A DNA stretch of 64,000 nucleotides from Somniosus microcephalus (lineage: Eukaryota): the NCBI GenBank assembly GCA_052327205.1, contig CM126207.1:241056001-241120000 (forward strand). The letters run 5' to 3'. The notes beneath the pieces were generated by a model. That model was not told the DNA's origin. It saw nothing but the letters and a program-made list of their open reading frames with translations, and made no database searches. Below, piece by piece: positions 34,985-48,529 of this stretch; the stretch's first letter is position 1, and every line of letters starts with the position of its first letter. A program made the translations under genes and the position numbers.

Positions 34985-35769
34985 GTAGGTGGATTTCTTT
35001 TGATCAGACTGATCTAAACATGCAAATGGTGGCAGTAAATGTATATTTATACTGTAGCAGGACTGGAAAAACTATTCTAAATTAGTTATCTACAGAATGC
35101 CATGTGGTGGATCTGAATTTGCCACTGATTTATGTTGAACAAGCGACAGTAGTGATTGATTTGAAATAGTTCAAGTTTCTGTTGAAAATATTAGGAAGGG
35201 AGGAATGTTTAGATGCTTCCCACTGTTTTGGCAAAGGTTAGTTTGTGTGCCTTCCCAATGGCTAGAGTCCAGGACCATATTGCCCTCTGTCTGGTAAACA
35301 TTCTTTGGAACTGTAAGTAGCTTGCTTGGGATGAGTGGTATTGTGGGCTAACAGTTTTTTCAAGTTAGGGTCCTGGATTTGGACGGAGTATACGTTTTTA
35401 AAAAATCTGTTAGCTATTTGTTCTACGTGAAGTGAAATTGAGCAGGCGGCAGTTTGTAGTTTCCCCTCAATATAAAGCTGCCCCTGATTTGACAATATTT
35501 GACAATCTTACTCAAGAGGACACAGGCTGGCTGGTGTGAGAAATGGAAATATCACAGTGGAGCACTAGGAGGTGGCTCTCAGGCTGGGAGCTATGGCACA
35601 TTATCGAATCAGAGTAGAGGGAGCATAACTCTGCAACTGTACTTGAGTTGAGTGTCTAAAATGGGAAAGTACTCCATTCCCCAACACTAACATCTCTTGC
35701 CTTGATGAGTACAGAAATTCACCAAAATACTAGGGAGGGGAAAAAAATAGGCTGTACAATGACTTCTAT

Positions 35770-36220
35770 TAGGTTGTCTTATGAAGAAAGGTTGAGCAGG
35801 TTGGGCCTATACTAATTGGAGTTTAGAAGAATGAGAGGGGATCTTATTGAAACATAAGATTCTGAAGGGGCTTGACAAGGTAGATGCAGAGAGGATGTTT
35901 CCCCTCGTGGGGGAATCTAGAACTAGGGGGCATAATTTCAGAATTAAGGGGCATCCATTTAAAACACAAATGAGGAGGAATTTCTTCTCTGAGGGTCGTG
36001 AATCTTTGGAATTCTCTTCCCCAGAGAGCTGTGGAGGCTGGGTCATTGAATATATTTAAGGTGGAGACAGACAGATTTTTGAAAGGTAAGGGAGCCGAGG
36101 GTTATGGGGAGTGGACAGGGAAGTGGAGTTGAGGCCAAGGTTAGATCAGCCATGATCTTATTGAATGGCGGAGCAGGCTCGAGGGGTCGAATGACCTCCT
36201 GATCCGACGTCTTATGTTCT
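35770..36220 (+). mobile_element. CR1 3' fragment
   Basis: KILKGLDKVDAERMFPLVGESRTRGH. Confidence 0.9.
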
Positions 36221-36476
36221 ACTGATTCTGAACATTAATTCTGGAAGAGTTTAAATGGTCAGAGGGAGTCAAGAGTTTTTAAAAAATGGCAATAATCATA
36301 ACGATTGATGAATGGAAAAAGATTCTGTTTTTTAAATGAACAGTAGAATCTGATCACTATTTATTTATAAAACAAAAGAATAAAATGGGCATTCTGTAAC
36401 AGAACAAAACTGAAAAGTGGCAATTTCATTTTTGGATGTCACCGTTCACTAATTATATTATATCATATTATTCCAG

Positions 36477-36572
36477 AGTATGCTTGCCTGTTTACTTCAG
36501 AGTATGCACGAACTGTTGTCCTCCAGCATGTTCAGCCGACTGCAATTCTGTGAGGAGATCTGGAAAGCAAAG
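36477..36572 (+). CDS. FANCA: FANCA exon 5 (96 nt)
   Basis: ..LLSSSMFSRLQFCEEIWKAK resembles human [20 protein letters not shown]. Confidence 0.95.
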
Positions 36573-37050
36573 GTGAGGTAAAAGATCCAGTGCAGTATTA
36601 ATTATGGGGTCACAACTAAAGCTGTATCTCTGGATGCAAGATTGCACAATATGTTCTGTGACCAAAGGTTTGTTCAGCGTGAAATGAAGTGCCGTTCCGC
36701 TGATCAGTCATCTGATTTTGTTAGTGGTTTTTGTTTGGTCTGTGTGCCTCACTTTCTATTGTAATTTGTGTTGAAGTAAAACATACAGTGGACTAAACTA
36801 AAATCTGAATCTGTCTTTCCTACGATGCTATATTCCCTATTGTAATGTTACCTCCTGTCTACCAGTTCCATGGTTATTTCTCAACACAAATTAAGTTTCT
36901 AAAACATTGTTTTTCTATCTTCTGCCAGTGGATAGGATTATAAATAGAAGAGTATTACATAATTTTTTAATTACAATTATTCTTTGGTTACTGATATTTG
37001 ATGTTCCAGTTTATGGTATACATGGTACATTCTCACGGTAAGTGCTGTGT

Positions 37051-38311
37051 CATAGAAACATAGAAGATAGGAGCAGGAGTAGGCCATTCGGCCCCTCGAG
37101 CTTGTTCCACCATTTAATGAGATCATGGCTGATCATCCAAATTCAGTACCCTGTCCCTGCTTTCTCCCCATATCCCTTGATCCCTTTAGCCTTAAGAAAT
37201 ATATCTAACTCCTTCTTGAATATATTTAATGAATTGGCCTCAACTGCCTTCTGTGGTAGAGAATTCCACAGGTTCACCACTCTCTGGGTGAAGAAATTCC
37301 TCCTCATCTCAGTCCTAAATGGCTTACCCCTTGTCCTTAGACTGTGACTCCTGGTTCTGGACTCCCCGCCATCGGGAACATCCTTCCTGCATCTAGTCTG
37401 TCTAGTCCTGTCAGAACTTTATAAGTTTCAATGAGATCCCCTCTCATTCTTCTAAACTCTAGCGAATACAAGCCCAATTGACCCAATCTCTCTTCATACG
37501 TCATTCCTGCCATCCCAGGTATCAGTCTGGTGAATCTTCGCTGCACTCCCTCCATGGCAAGAACAGCCTTCCTCAGATAAGGCGACCAAAACTGCACACA
37601 ATACTCAAGGTGTGGTCTCACCAAGGCCCTGTACAACTGCCGCAAGACATCCTTGCTCCTGTACTCGAATCCTCTCGCTATGAAGGCCAGCATACCATTT
37701 GCCTTCTTAACCGCCTGCTGCACCTGCATGCTTACCTTCAGCGACTGGTGCACAAGGACACCCAGGTCTCGTTGCACTTCCCCTTTTCCCAATCTATTGC
37801 CATTCAGATAATAATCTGCCTTCCTGTTTTTGCCACCAAAGTGGATAACCTTGCATTTATCCACATTATACTGCATCTGCCATGCATCTGCCCAATCACC
37901 CAACTTGTCCAAATCATACTGGAGTTTCTCTGCATCCTCCTCACAGCACACATGCCCACCCAGCTTTGTGTCGTCTGCAAACTTGGAGATATTACATCTA
38001 GTTCCCTCGTCTAGATCATTAATATATATTATGAATAACTAGGGTCCTAGGACCGATCCCTGCGGTACCCCACTAGTCACTGCATGCCACTCAGAAAAAG
38101 ACCCGTTTATTCCAACTCTTTGCTTCCTGTCTGCCAACCAGTTCTCTATCCAAGTCCGTAACTTACCCCCAATCCCATGTGCTTTAACTTGCACGCTAAT
38201 CTCTTATGTGGGACCTTATCGAAAGCCTTCTGAAAGTCCAAATACACCAAATCCACTGGTTCTCCCTTATCTATTCTACCAGTTACACCCTCAAAAAATT
38301 CCAGTAGATTA
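37051..38311 (-). mobile_element. Young CR1 LINE in FANCA intron 5
   Basis: ORF 37337-37951. Near-identical to the copies at 9987 and 27507. Confidence 0.97.
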
Positions 38312-38365
38312 TGATGGCTGTTGCTGATGGAGACAATATAATTTTAATATTTTTCTTTGACATAG

Positions 38366-38439
38366 GAACTACCCACACTGGAAGTTGTTTGGCATTTGCA
38401 GAAGGAGAACATTGTGAGCCTTGAAGAGCTGGTAGCGAG
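38366..38439 (+). CDS. FANCA: FANCA exon 6 (74 nt)
   Basis: ELPTLEVVWHLQKENIVSLEELVA resembles human LEAVWHLHVQGIVSLQELL. Confidence 0.95.
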
Positions 38440-39938
38440 GTATGTCCATTGAAGAAATAAATAGCTTTCTGTGTCCCTTTAACAGTGATTGGTGGCAACA
38501 TTGCTGAGCGGCTGGTTGTCTTGTGAGGACATGAGGATCGTTTTCAGGTGGGACTGCAGAAAGATAATTGAGTTGTGATACAGAGCTGAGCATAGAACCA
38601 CTATAGGGGTGGAAGGAAAGGCGATGATACAAAGAGGTTTAGTACCACATTATTTGTGCTATTCCAGATAGCCTCCCCTTTGTACCTGGTCTTTCCTCTT
38701 TTTCCCTTTACATTAGCCTGTGCTGTGCTCCATCTTGCTTTTCCAGAATTTGCTATGTGCCCACAGCAGCCACATCCAATTTGTGTTGCTCCTTTTTATG
38801 ATCCTAATATTTTATTACATCGGCATAGTAGCTGATAGTTTTTTTTTTTTTGCCATTCAGTTTTGTAAAATTACTTTTTTTGCACTAATCTGTATGGTTC
38901 CAATTTTTTTGTGTTTATATATTGGGTATTAATTGTATACCCTTGATATGTGAGAGAGACATTTACCACCTATTAAAAATGTTCTGGCTTCAGCACACGT
39001 TACATGGCACGAATAAAAGTTGGATATGTTGTATTAAATCAACCGTGCCTCAGATTGGTGCTAACCTTGTATATCCCAGTCCCTAATTTTTCCCATATAA
39101 TAAAAGTCCTGAGCCGGCAGCTGTTTCAGGTTTCAGACTGCCTCAAATTATTATTCTTAATCTGTGCAGGAAAGTTGCAGGTATGTGGTGCTGACCCGTT
39201 TTGTCAAAACATTTCACCAATTGATCATATTGAGGAATCATTGAAAGTACAGAACCTTTTGTCTTTATTCAAGTGGACACTCTCTACAATTCCATTTTTT
39301 TTTTTACTGTAACATCTAGGTTCACAATAAAACTTTAACCATTTAATGTAGAAAATCATTGTTCCCCTTTGCGCCTATAAATGTCTCCTAGCTTCTATTG
39401 AACTTTCTAATTTTCCTGTCCCCCCCTCCCTCTATCTCTTTCCGTTTGTCTTCAGTACATGCAATGAAGTAGTTTTTTTTTTTAAGTATTACTGCTGTAA
39501 TTTTTTGATGATGATACCAATATTGGGACTTCACTCTTAACTCGTGTATCAGGGTAGGGGAGACCCCATTTTGCCACTGATTCTTGGCCTCAGCTTCTCC
39601 ACTTGGCCCATAATCCAGAAGTGGCAGCAGCCAGGGCTGGAGCAATGGGAAGCAGCTGCAGTGATGCCTGAAACTGGGGAATCTGGCCAGGCAGAGTTTG
39701 AGCCCATGGGGGAAGGAGAACAAGGAACTGCCGTGATGATGTACCACAGCAATTTCTTCTAGTAGATTTTCTTTTTACAAAACCATTGTATAATAATTTT
39801 ATAGTATCAATAGAAAATTGCAGAGGATCCTTTATTCAAAGCTACCAGAAGAATGCAAACTTCATAATCTAATGTTTAAAACCGTACTGGCGAGCTGATT
39901 GCAGGAGAAGAAGCCCTGATTTTCTGCTCTGTGAACAG

Positions 39939-40051
39939 TAACCCTGATGCGACTGCTGTGGTGCACTGGCTCTTCGATGATCTGTGCCTCCTGTGCTTGG
40001 GGACTGAGGATCAACACCAGTACGAAGATATACAGAGGCAGATACAATCGG
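39939..40051 (+). CDS. FANCA: FANCA exon 7 (113 nt)
   Basis: NPDATAVVHWLFDDLCLLC resembles human HPDMHAVGSWLFRNLCCLC. Confidence 0.95.
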
Positions 40052-40721
40052 GTAGGGAGAATGGTTGAAATACTAAAACATGCAGTATATGCAAAACACT
40101 CAATCTTCTAAATTAGTTAAAGGCAAGAAAATTACTTTTATACTGAAATGAAGTTAGTCAACTTTGTTTGTGTGCTTACTTTGGTGTGTCTCAGCCTATT
40201 TACTATGCCCTGCCATTTGTAAGCATTTTGTTACCTTAACTCGTATGCACTGGATGAGTAGTGTCATGTTGCATCTTCCCAGAACTATTGACTATTGTGG
40301 TACAGTGGGAGCTGGCAATCTACAATGAGGAAACCTAGAAAATCACCTCTGCACATTGTGGTAATGCCCCAGTAGTGTGTCCTTGTGAAAGTGCTGCTTC
40401 CTGTAAAAGCTGTATGGCTGCCCTTTGACTATTTGCACACTTGATACTGCTGAAGGGCCTTTGTTCATATAGTTACATCTCTACTTTGAACAGCAGAAGC
40501 ACCTCTGGATGCATTTATTCACTTTCATAGAAATAACTTCTTCAAACAGGTTTTTTACAATTTTTCCTGCATTAAAAGTGTGACCTTGCAGTCTTCACCT
40601 ACAGTAAGAAAATGATTATCTACTTTTTGCAGTCTGATATGGATGAAACTGTAATGTGCTTTGAAACTTAAACTGACTCAAAAATTAGCAAAACATTTGA
40701 CCAAACAGCAACAAAATGATT

Positions 40722-41073
40722 GGCCCGACATTTCCTTGCGCTGTAATTGTGCCAAGAAGTTCAAGAGTGGAGTTGCGCCATTTTTACGAGGAAATTTGCG
40801 CAGATGTAATTTACGTTGGTTCTACACCAAACCTTCACTCGATTGTTTGCGCCACCGCCGAGATATGTCTGCCGAAACCCTCTGGTGCTCATTTACATAG
40901 CCCCGCCCCATGCAAGAGACCAACACGTGCGGGTTTACGCTTGTTTAACGCCAGTCTTTGCATTTCAGCGTTGGCAAATGAGCTCTGCAGGACATTTTTG
41001 TGCAAGTTCCCATTGGCAAGATTGCCGCAGAGGCCGGCGTTCTGCGCAACTACGATCCAGGAAATTCTTGGCC
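40722..41073. mobile_element. PIF/Harbinger-type MITE
   Basis: Imperfect TIRs GGCCCGACATTTCCT / AGGAAATTCTTGGCC with a 3-bp TSD ATT. Confidence 0.75.
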
Positions 41074-41630
41074 ATTGGCCCAGTAGTGTTGGACCGTTAA
41101 TAGATAGGAGTTTAATCCAATTCCTTAAATTTTCCTCTGGTGACAAACTTGCTAACCGTGGCCTGGTTTCTGGACAAGGCACCTTCATCCATTATGAAAA
41201 AAGACCTCTTGGCAGATCAACCGAGAAGTTGGACTGGTGGTGGTCTCGGTGTTTGGGGGGTGTAGTATTATACTGACCCGTTGTCTTAATTTCAGATTGT
41301 GCGATTTTTGTTTCTATTCACCTGTTTTGCAATAATTTACCTGAATTGTGTTTTTTCAACTAAGCTTCATTAACTTTCATCTAGATAAATAAGAAAGCAA
41401 GAATATAATAGAAAAGGCTAAGAATACACAACAGTTCTGTTCAGAGAACGAATGTACAGCCCGAACACTTCCCCACATTGCCCCTCTTCAGATACTGACC
41501 ACTTGCTCTGTGTTTCCAGAATTTTCTGCTTTATTTCCAATTTCCAGCATTTGTTTACCTCCATAACTGTAGTAATTCTGATTTGCCTGTTTCTCAGTTG
41601 TGATTACTAAATATTATTTTGTGTTTTCAG

Positions 41631-41713
41631 ACATTGTGACTTTGTTAGTGAGAAATGGATTCCAGGAACTGAATGGTGTGGCGTCAGATCCTAAGGTGCA
41701 GCACTTTCCACAG
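41631..41713 (+). CDS. FANCA: FANCA exon 8 (83 nt)
   Basis: DIVTLLVRNGFQE...FPQ resembles human DFVQMFVLRGFQK...MPQ. Confidence 0.93.
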
Positions 41714-42924
41714 GTGAGGATGATTCAGATGCTTCACCTTCACCGGGATCCAGAGTTACTAGCTGAGGTCTGCAGTGTTTGCACAATTGGAACCTTTTAA
41801 ATCCACAGCATGAACATTAGGAGAGTGAATTCAACCCTCCACTCAGTAGATGTGCAGAGTTCACCTGCTAACATGGTGTTAATCCAGTACCACGCCCATG
41901 GCCAAAATTGACACTTTTGTCATGAGGGGGGTCAATGCTGCCAGGACCGCTTCACATTGGAGTTACCTCTGTGAATTTAGCAGTGTGAACTGAGTAAGTG
42001 ATCCATAAAATACAAGACCAGTAAAGTTTATTTGTTCAGTATGCCTGTTGGCTATTACTTATTAACTTAGACATTACTTAAAAGCTACCTCTTTGGTCAC
42101 CTGTCCTAATATCTCATGTGGCTCAGTGTCAATGTTGTTGCTAATGCTCCTGGGATGTTTTACTATGTTAAAGGCGCTATATAAATGCAAGTTGTTAATA
42201 CATGCAAGAGCATTACCATTGTAAAATAGATTGTTATTTTTCATGACCTCTTACTGCTCTATCACAACCTTTATCTAGTGTCATAATGTCACAAAACATG
42301 CCCTGTTCCTATCACATAACATCAAGCCCCATACAAGCACTCAGTAGCCATGGTGGTGCAGGGATGAAAGATACAAACTCTGATAGTAAATCTACAGTCG
42401 GAAAGCTCTGGAAAAAGGTAAACGGGACTATGTGTGCAATTTTAAAAAAATACACGCATATAAAAGGGTTGTGTTGAATTCTGTGTCACATTATTGATCT
42501 TTAGATGAATGTATAAACTGCAGGAGCTTCACTGTTCTGGTTTAGGATGTTGTTGAAACCTGTTCTTTGTTGCTATCCTGAAAATATGCTTCAAATTATC
42601 ATCTCCAGACAAAACATTTACTTACATTTCTGAGGGGAGCTAAAGCTGAATGATTTGCAGTGTTCCGAACATCATAAGTGAAGAGTATATTGCAGTATGA
42701 AATATTCTCAAATGCCTTTTTATCTCCCTTTTTGAAGCTTTGCACCAGCCTGAATTGGCCAGTGTGAATAACATTCTATGTTGAGCTCTAAAGAGAGCTG
42801 CTGGAAGCCACACACGTTGAATTAAGTCCGTTTTTTCTCAAATTCAAATGCTCCATCTCTTCAAAAGCATTATCATTACATTTGTTCAGGGGAAAAAAAT
42901 TGCTAAAAGTTAGTTACAAATTGG

Positions 42925-43222
42925 AACTAGGAGTTATAGCATCAGGATAAGTGGGCGACCATTTAGGAGTGAGATGAGGAGAAATTTCTTCACTCGGAGG
43001 GTGAATCTTTGGAATTCTCTACCCCAGAGGGCTGTGGATGCTCAGTCGTTGAGTATATTCAAGACGGAGAGCGATAGACTTTTGGACAGTAGTGGAATCA
43101 AGGGATATGGTGATAGGGCGGGAAAGTGGAGTTGATGTAGAAGATCAGCCATGTTCTTATTGAATGGCGGAGCAGGCTTGAGAGGCTGTATGGCCTACTC
43201 CTGCTTCTATTTCTTATGTTCT
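42925..43222 (+). mobile_element. CR1 3' fragment
   Basis: GAGATGAGGAGAAATTTCTTCAC and a TTCTTATG tail. Confidence 0.9.
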
Positions 43223-43608
43223 TAAAGAGAAAATATGGCCTGCAAGGAGATTTTTGAAAAAGGTTAAACTTTTATTTCTTTTTGTTGTAGATGTTTTAAA
43301 TGGTTATAATTTGTGTCTCAATTCTAACTTCAGAAAGAAAATCCCTTTGGTACCCATTTACACTACATAGTGCAGTAGTCTCTGGGCTATCCTTCACTTC
43401 TTGGGGTTGAGTCGACTGAAGTAGAAGCCATATTAAAGAAGCCGTCCTATTTACTTTCTTCCGCACTGAAACATAATCATGGCCCAGGACAAAAATCGTG
43501 ATCAAGAATAATGCCTTCAGCAGGATAGCTGCAACTCCTTGGAATGGGTTTATATTTTGAAATTATACAGCTTTACTGAAATGGCCTTGTTTTCCTCCTT
43601 ACTAATAG

Positions 43609-43642
43609 ATCTGTTTTGCAGTGTTGGACAGAATGCTTCAAT
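43609..43642 (+). CDS. FANCA: FANCA exon 9 (34 nt)
   Basis: TAG|ICFAVLDRMLQ|GTAAGT resembles human VTVDVLQRMLI. Phases fit both neighbours. Confidence 0.9.
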
Positions 43643-44479
43643 GTAAGTAAAGTTCATTGTCTGTGCACATATTGTGGATTTAGAATAGGCAGCAATTAAA
43701 TGACTGCTGTAATGTTTGATGTAAAATATGTTGTTTCTGTGGTTGTAATCGACTGTTAATGATATGCCTAACAAGGCTGTTTATTTGAAAATTGCAATAA
43801 AATGGAAAGATGAATATGGAATAGACTGTGGACATGTCAAAATTCAGAGGTTTGTGTAAAATTCAGATCTTGTACTCTCACATGTTCAGAATCCCTGTTA
43901 CTCGAACTATTCAGAGCACCATGTGGTAACTAAGCAAACTGCCATGTTCAGTCACTCATCGTTCAGTTTGGTAGTTCTGTAATAAGGTTTCTTCCATGCC
44001 AGTCTCCTGAATCGTCATTTCTTGACCACTATACAACTATCCATTTACCAAGGTAAGCCCATCCCAAACCTTGGATTAGATTTTCTATTGTACTATAAAA
44101 CCTACTTTCACTTTTTCAATAATCTGTTCAGTGTTTTACTTTCAACGCTAGCACTGATTCACATTCCAATACTTTTATTTTTTCATGAGCTACATCAACC
44201 TGTCACTAAAGAAGTACTGGCCAATATAGTTTATAGTCTGCTGGTGTAGCATTTATTTTTAACAGTCCAGAACCATGTTTTTCTGTATAGTATGTATACA
44301 TTGCTCCCAATTCTCCCTGCTACGTATGGTCTGATGACAGAGGAAGAATTGTGATGCTGGTTGGATCCTTTCAAAATTGTACTTGAGGGAAAATTGCAAG
44401 TAAAATAATCCTTCTTTTGTTATAACGTAGCTTTTCTACACCAAGGTAGCAATTCCTGAGAGCATCTTTCCTGTAAAGG

Positions 44480-45655
44480 TCTTTCCTGATCAAAGTCACA
44501 AATGACATCTTCTGTGACTGGGGCATTTTCCCTGCTCATCCTCGTCGACTGCTCTGTAGCTTTTGACATGGTCGACCACATCTTCTTCCTCCAATGTCTC
44601 CTTCGTTGTTCAGCTCAGTTTGACTGCGCTCACTTGCCTCCACTCTTACCTATTGAATCATAGCCAGAGCATCTTCAGCAATGACTTTTCTCTTCCTAAC
44701 CCTGCACCGTTCTCTCTAGAGCCCCCCAAAGATAGATCGTCTCCATCTTGGCGACATCATGTGATGACATGGGGTCAGCTTCCACATGTACGCTAATGAC
44801 ACCGACTACCACTCCAATACCTGTCTTGCTCTCTTCACTGTCTGTGCTGTTAGACTGCATATCCAACATCCAGTCTTGGATGAGCTGCAGATTCCCCTAT
44901 TTAAACATTGGGAAGACACAAGTCATCATCGTCAGCCTCTGCCACAAACTCTGTACCTTTGCCACTGATTCCTCAGCAACTCCAAGCTGAGCTTTCGACC
45001 CCATCATCACAAAAGCCGTCTACTTTCCCTTCTGTAACATAGTCTGCCTCCACCCCTGCATCGGCCCATCTGCCGCTGAAGCTTTCATCCATTCCTTTGT
45101 TACCTCAGAGACGCGACTATTCCAGTACACTCCTGGCCGGCCTCCCATCCTCCATGGTCTGTAGACTTCAGCTCATTCAAAACTCTGCTGCCTGTATTCT
45201 GTGCTACATCGTCCTACTCACACATCACTCCTGTCCTTGCTGACGCACATTGGCTCCTGGTCCTCCAATGCCCAATACATTAAAATTCTCATCCCCGTGT
45301 TTAAATCCATGCATGGCCTCATCTGTTCGTATCTCTCCTGCAGCCTACAATTCTGCCGTCCCTCAGAACTCTCCATTCTTCCAACTCTGGCCTTTTATGC
45401 GTCACCCCCTTTGCCCCAGTATTGGCAACTATTCCTTCATCCCTCTAGGTGCCACCCTCTAGAATTTCCTCTCTAAGCCCGCTGCCTGTCCACCTCCCTC
45501 TCCTTTAAGACCCGCCTCTTTGAGCTAGTTTTTGGTCACCACTCCTAATATTGTTTTCTTTGGCTCAGCGTCTGTTGTCTGATTACACCTTTGTGAGGTG
45601 CCTTGGAATTATTTTTTATAGTAAAGGCTCTATAAATACAAGCTATTGTTGTTGA
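44480..45655 (+). mobile_element. L2 LINE fragment
   Basis: Degenerate RT motifs (CTGTAGCTTTTGACATGGTCGACCAC; YAND = decayed YADD) and an L2 tail ending (TTG)n. Confidence 0.85.
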
Positions 45656-45762
45656 TGCTATCTTGAATTACTGCTTTTATGTACTATGAAAGTCTGTTAC
45701 CTGTTTCATACAAATGTACCCCATGTTCAGGATGATTTGTTATTGCCATTCCTTTCTTCCAG

Positions 45763-45832
45763 GGTTACTGGATAATGTGTGTAGGGAAAGAGAAAAAGAA
45801 GACTCCTCTGGACAGAAAGCAACTCAATTCTG
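45763..45832 (+). CDS. FANCA: FANCA exon 10 (70 nt)
   Basis: WLLDNVCREREKEDSSGQKATQFW resembles human [23 protein letters not shown]. Phase 1 to 2. Confidence 0.88.
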
Positions 45833-46009
45833 GTATGTGCCAATGTCTACAAATTCTCTAATTTGTTCATGACTAGGTCAGTACTGGTAGAAGTTGGCTC
45901 CAAACTAGGGGCATAGTGGTTCCAAGTATAACATTCTTTTACAAAGTTTATTTTTATTTTTTTTGTTCCCCTCCAATTTTCTCTGCTCTCCTCTCCTGTA
46001 CGTGTTGAC

Positions 46010-46375
46010 TGTCTCGTTGAGGTAAGGTTCCAAGGACAGCAATCTGTGTTTTGCCCCAGCTATCCATGATTCATGTGTGAGGTGAGTGCTGGCTGATGGC
46101 AGACTACAGAGGACATCACAGTGGAACCTGATCCTGTCCTCTCCTCTCCTGATATCCACATATATGTGCCCTTCAGCAGAGGTCCCAGAGTAGCAGACTA
46201 GAGTGGAAGCACTGGGTGATGTTAGCTTCCTTAACCCAGGGCACTGCAATCAATGGTATTGCCTCTACTGCTGCCCCAGCTAAGTCAACACACACTGGGG
46301 ATTGAACTTAGAACTTTCCTGGCCTGGATAGCTCAGACGGGGGTGAGTGGGGGTGGTCCTCTATCTCTCAGCCAT
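46010..46375 (-). mobile_element. LF-SINE-like ancient SINE
   Basis: CAGAGGACATCACAGTGGAACCTGATCCTGTCCT and GGGGATTGAAC blocks, complementary to the copy at 46600. Confidence 0.5.
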
Positions 46376-46599
46376 TGCAGCAACTTCCAAGTTACTTTTC
46401 AACTAAACTCACCTTTCTGGCCATTTAGTGCTAAGTCACAAAACAACTGAAATACGTTAAGCTGCATTTGTCTTAATGTACCATGCATGCAGACTGGCTG
46501 CTTCTGCGTGTTATTGGCATGTGTATAAAGATAATGGAGATGTAATCTAATGATAACACACAGCAGGAATTACCACTGTCATTGAGTGGTAGAATGACT

Positions 46600-46995
46600 G
46601 AGCGGAAAGCTCCCCGCTAGTTGCCGACTGTTGAGTGTGGAGCTGAGCCATACAGGCCAGGAATGCTTCGTGTTTGATCCCTGAACTGTGCAGTGAGTTG
46701 ATTTGAACCAAGCCTGTGATTGGTGTAATATAACTGGCTTCTCACTGGTCTAAGAGTCAGCCAGGCTTCCCACTCCTAATTGCTGATCAGTGACTCCAGC
46801 TGGAAATTTGTGTGTATGTTTGGTGAGGATAGCATCAGGCTCGGTTGCAATGCCTCCACAGTTAAATAATCTGTCAATGTCCACTCTTTAGACTCACAAC
46901 TGAATAACGGCCACTTGGAAAAGGTACTGGAACTGGCAGTGCCTGTGGGTCTGTACCACTGCATGAGTCAGTGCCTTCGGGAGAAGAGGGTAGAA
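46600..46995 (+). mobile_element. LF-SINE-like ancient SINE
   Basis: GGCCACTTGG..AGGTACTGG..GCATGAGTCAGTGCCTTCGGGAGAAGAGGG 3' region. Confidence 0.55.
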
Positions 46996-47044
46996 AAGGA
47001 GGAAAAATTATTTGTAATCAATTAAAGACCCCTTTTTAAAATAA

Positions 47045-47136
47045 CAACAGAAAATGTTGGAAAAACTCAGCAGGTCAGGCAACATCCGTGGAGAGAGGAA
47101 CAGTCAACGTTTCAGGTCGAAGACCCTTTGTCAGGA
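47045..47136. mobile_element. Penelope-like terminal fragment with degenerate hammerhead core
   Basis: Same motif as at 667 and 2817. The minus strand reads CTGACAA-AGGGTC-TTC-GACCT-GAAACG. Confidence 0.6.
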
Positions 47137-47439
47137 CCCTTTTTATTGTTCATCACGGATAGAATGTTGCAATTTACTAGGAGTATTGATGTGGATATGG
47201 AGATTTGTGTCTTCCTCCACATCTTCAACACTTTTCCTTATTCAGCAATATTGAGGGCAAGTCTAGAAGTAATCTGAAACGTTAAAGGCATTGACATTAA
47301 TGGAACAGCTATCATTGTGTGCTTGGCCTCCTGATAAAAATACCACTTAACTCATGGATTGGCAGGCTGTTGGAATTTCTGTTTCACGTGCACACAGTGT
47401 GCTGATGGTGTCAGATCTTGAATATGCTGGGAAGATTAT

Positions 47440-48108
47440 GGCCTAGAAATTCACTAGGCTTAGCGCCGCTTTTGAGGCGCTAGAGGGACTAGCGCCAGAG
47501 TTATGGCCAGTTCAAAAATTCCCTGGGGCCCTAAAGCGGCGTTGCACCGGTAGCGCTGCGCCGGCACCAATGACGTCATCGGTGTGCGCAGCATCCCGGT
47601 TGCCATGCCGACGGGCCCCAGCGCCGAAATTCAGTTGCGGCCGCCTCGCCCGTGGCAGCCGCAACTAAGACTCTGGCAACAGAGTCCAACATGTGTTTGC
47701 GCCGGCGCATTAAAGGCCCCGCGGCGGCCGGCCGCTTTCCCGCCGGCCGCCTGCCCGCAGCTCCCTCCCCGGACTTCTCCCCCCCCCCCCCCCCCGGAAC
47801 AGATGCAAGCCCGGCACTTGTCCGAGGTGCCGGGCTCATTTTTGAAGAGATTTGCGCGGGCCGCGGCCGGGTGCAGGCAGCTCCTCTTTAACGGAAGGAG
47901 GAGGCCTGCACTTCCCGAGCCTGCCGCGCCGGAATAGCGCCGCAATGCGGCGCGTTGCGCCAGTTTTCAGGCGCTAAAACACTTCAGTAGCGCCGGCAGC
48001 CGTTTGGGCGCGGCGCTACTGAATTTTTGGCGCGCGCAAAGGGACTTAGCGCCGGCGCTAACTTCCGGCGCTAAAGCCCTGGCGCAGCGCAAACTCAATT
48101 TCTAGGCC
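47440..48108. mobile_element. GC-rich PIF/Harbinger-type MITE (669 bp)
   Basis: Perfect 12-bp TIR GGCCTAGAAATT/AATTTCTAGGCC, 3-bp TSD TAT, repeated TAGCGCC/GGCGCTA subterminal motifs. Confidence 0.9.
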
Positions 48109-48529
48109 TATGAGCTTTGGCTTGTGCAACATAAAAATCTTAACATTGACTTCTTTCACGTTCTACCGCAAGAAGCATGTGTTTGAATACAATGGTCAAT
48201 CACTAATACATTTGATTGCAGCTCTGTGGCATGGGACAAGGACAATTTATGGTCACATCAAGATTTGGATTGGCTTATCCTTGTGTTGCAGATTTTGAAT
48301 AGTTTATTGTTTTATTAAAGAACAGACTACGTATTTTGACCAAAAGATCAAAACAGTTCATTCCTACATATAGTCAACAGCAGGGGAGTTTTATCTGAAG
48401 AAAATTTCATTTTTTTGTTCAACTTTGTGCGTGATTTAAACATTAGTCATACCTGTTGGAATCATTTGTATATTGAATCACCAGTTCATCCATTGTCCTT
48501 GGTGACTATGTATGAGGTGTGTTTATGTA

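Noticed and set aside
47576-47945. Overlapping Ala/Gly/Pro-rich ORFs suggesting a CpG-island first exon
   Set aside because: They lie wholly within a TIR/TSD-bounded MITE. High GC content explains the open frames.
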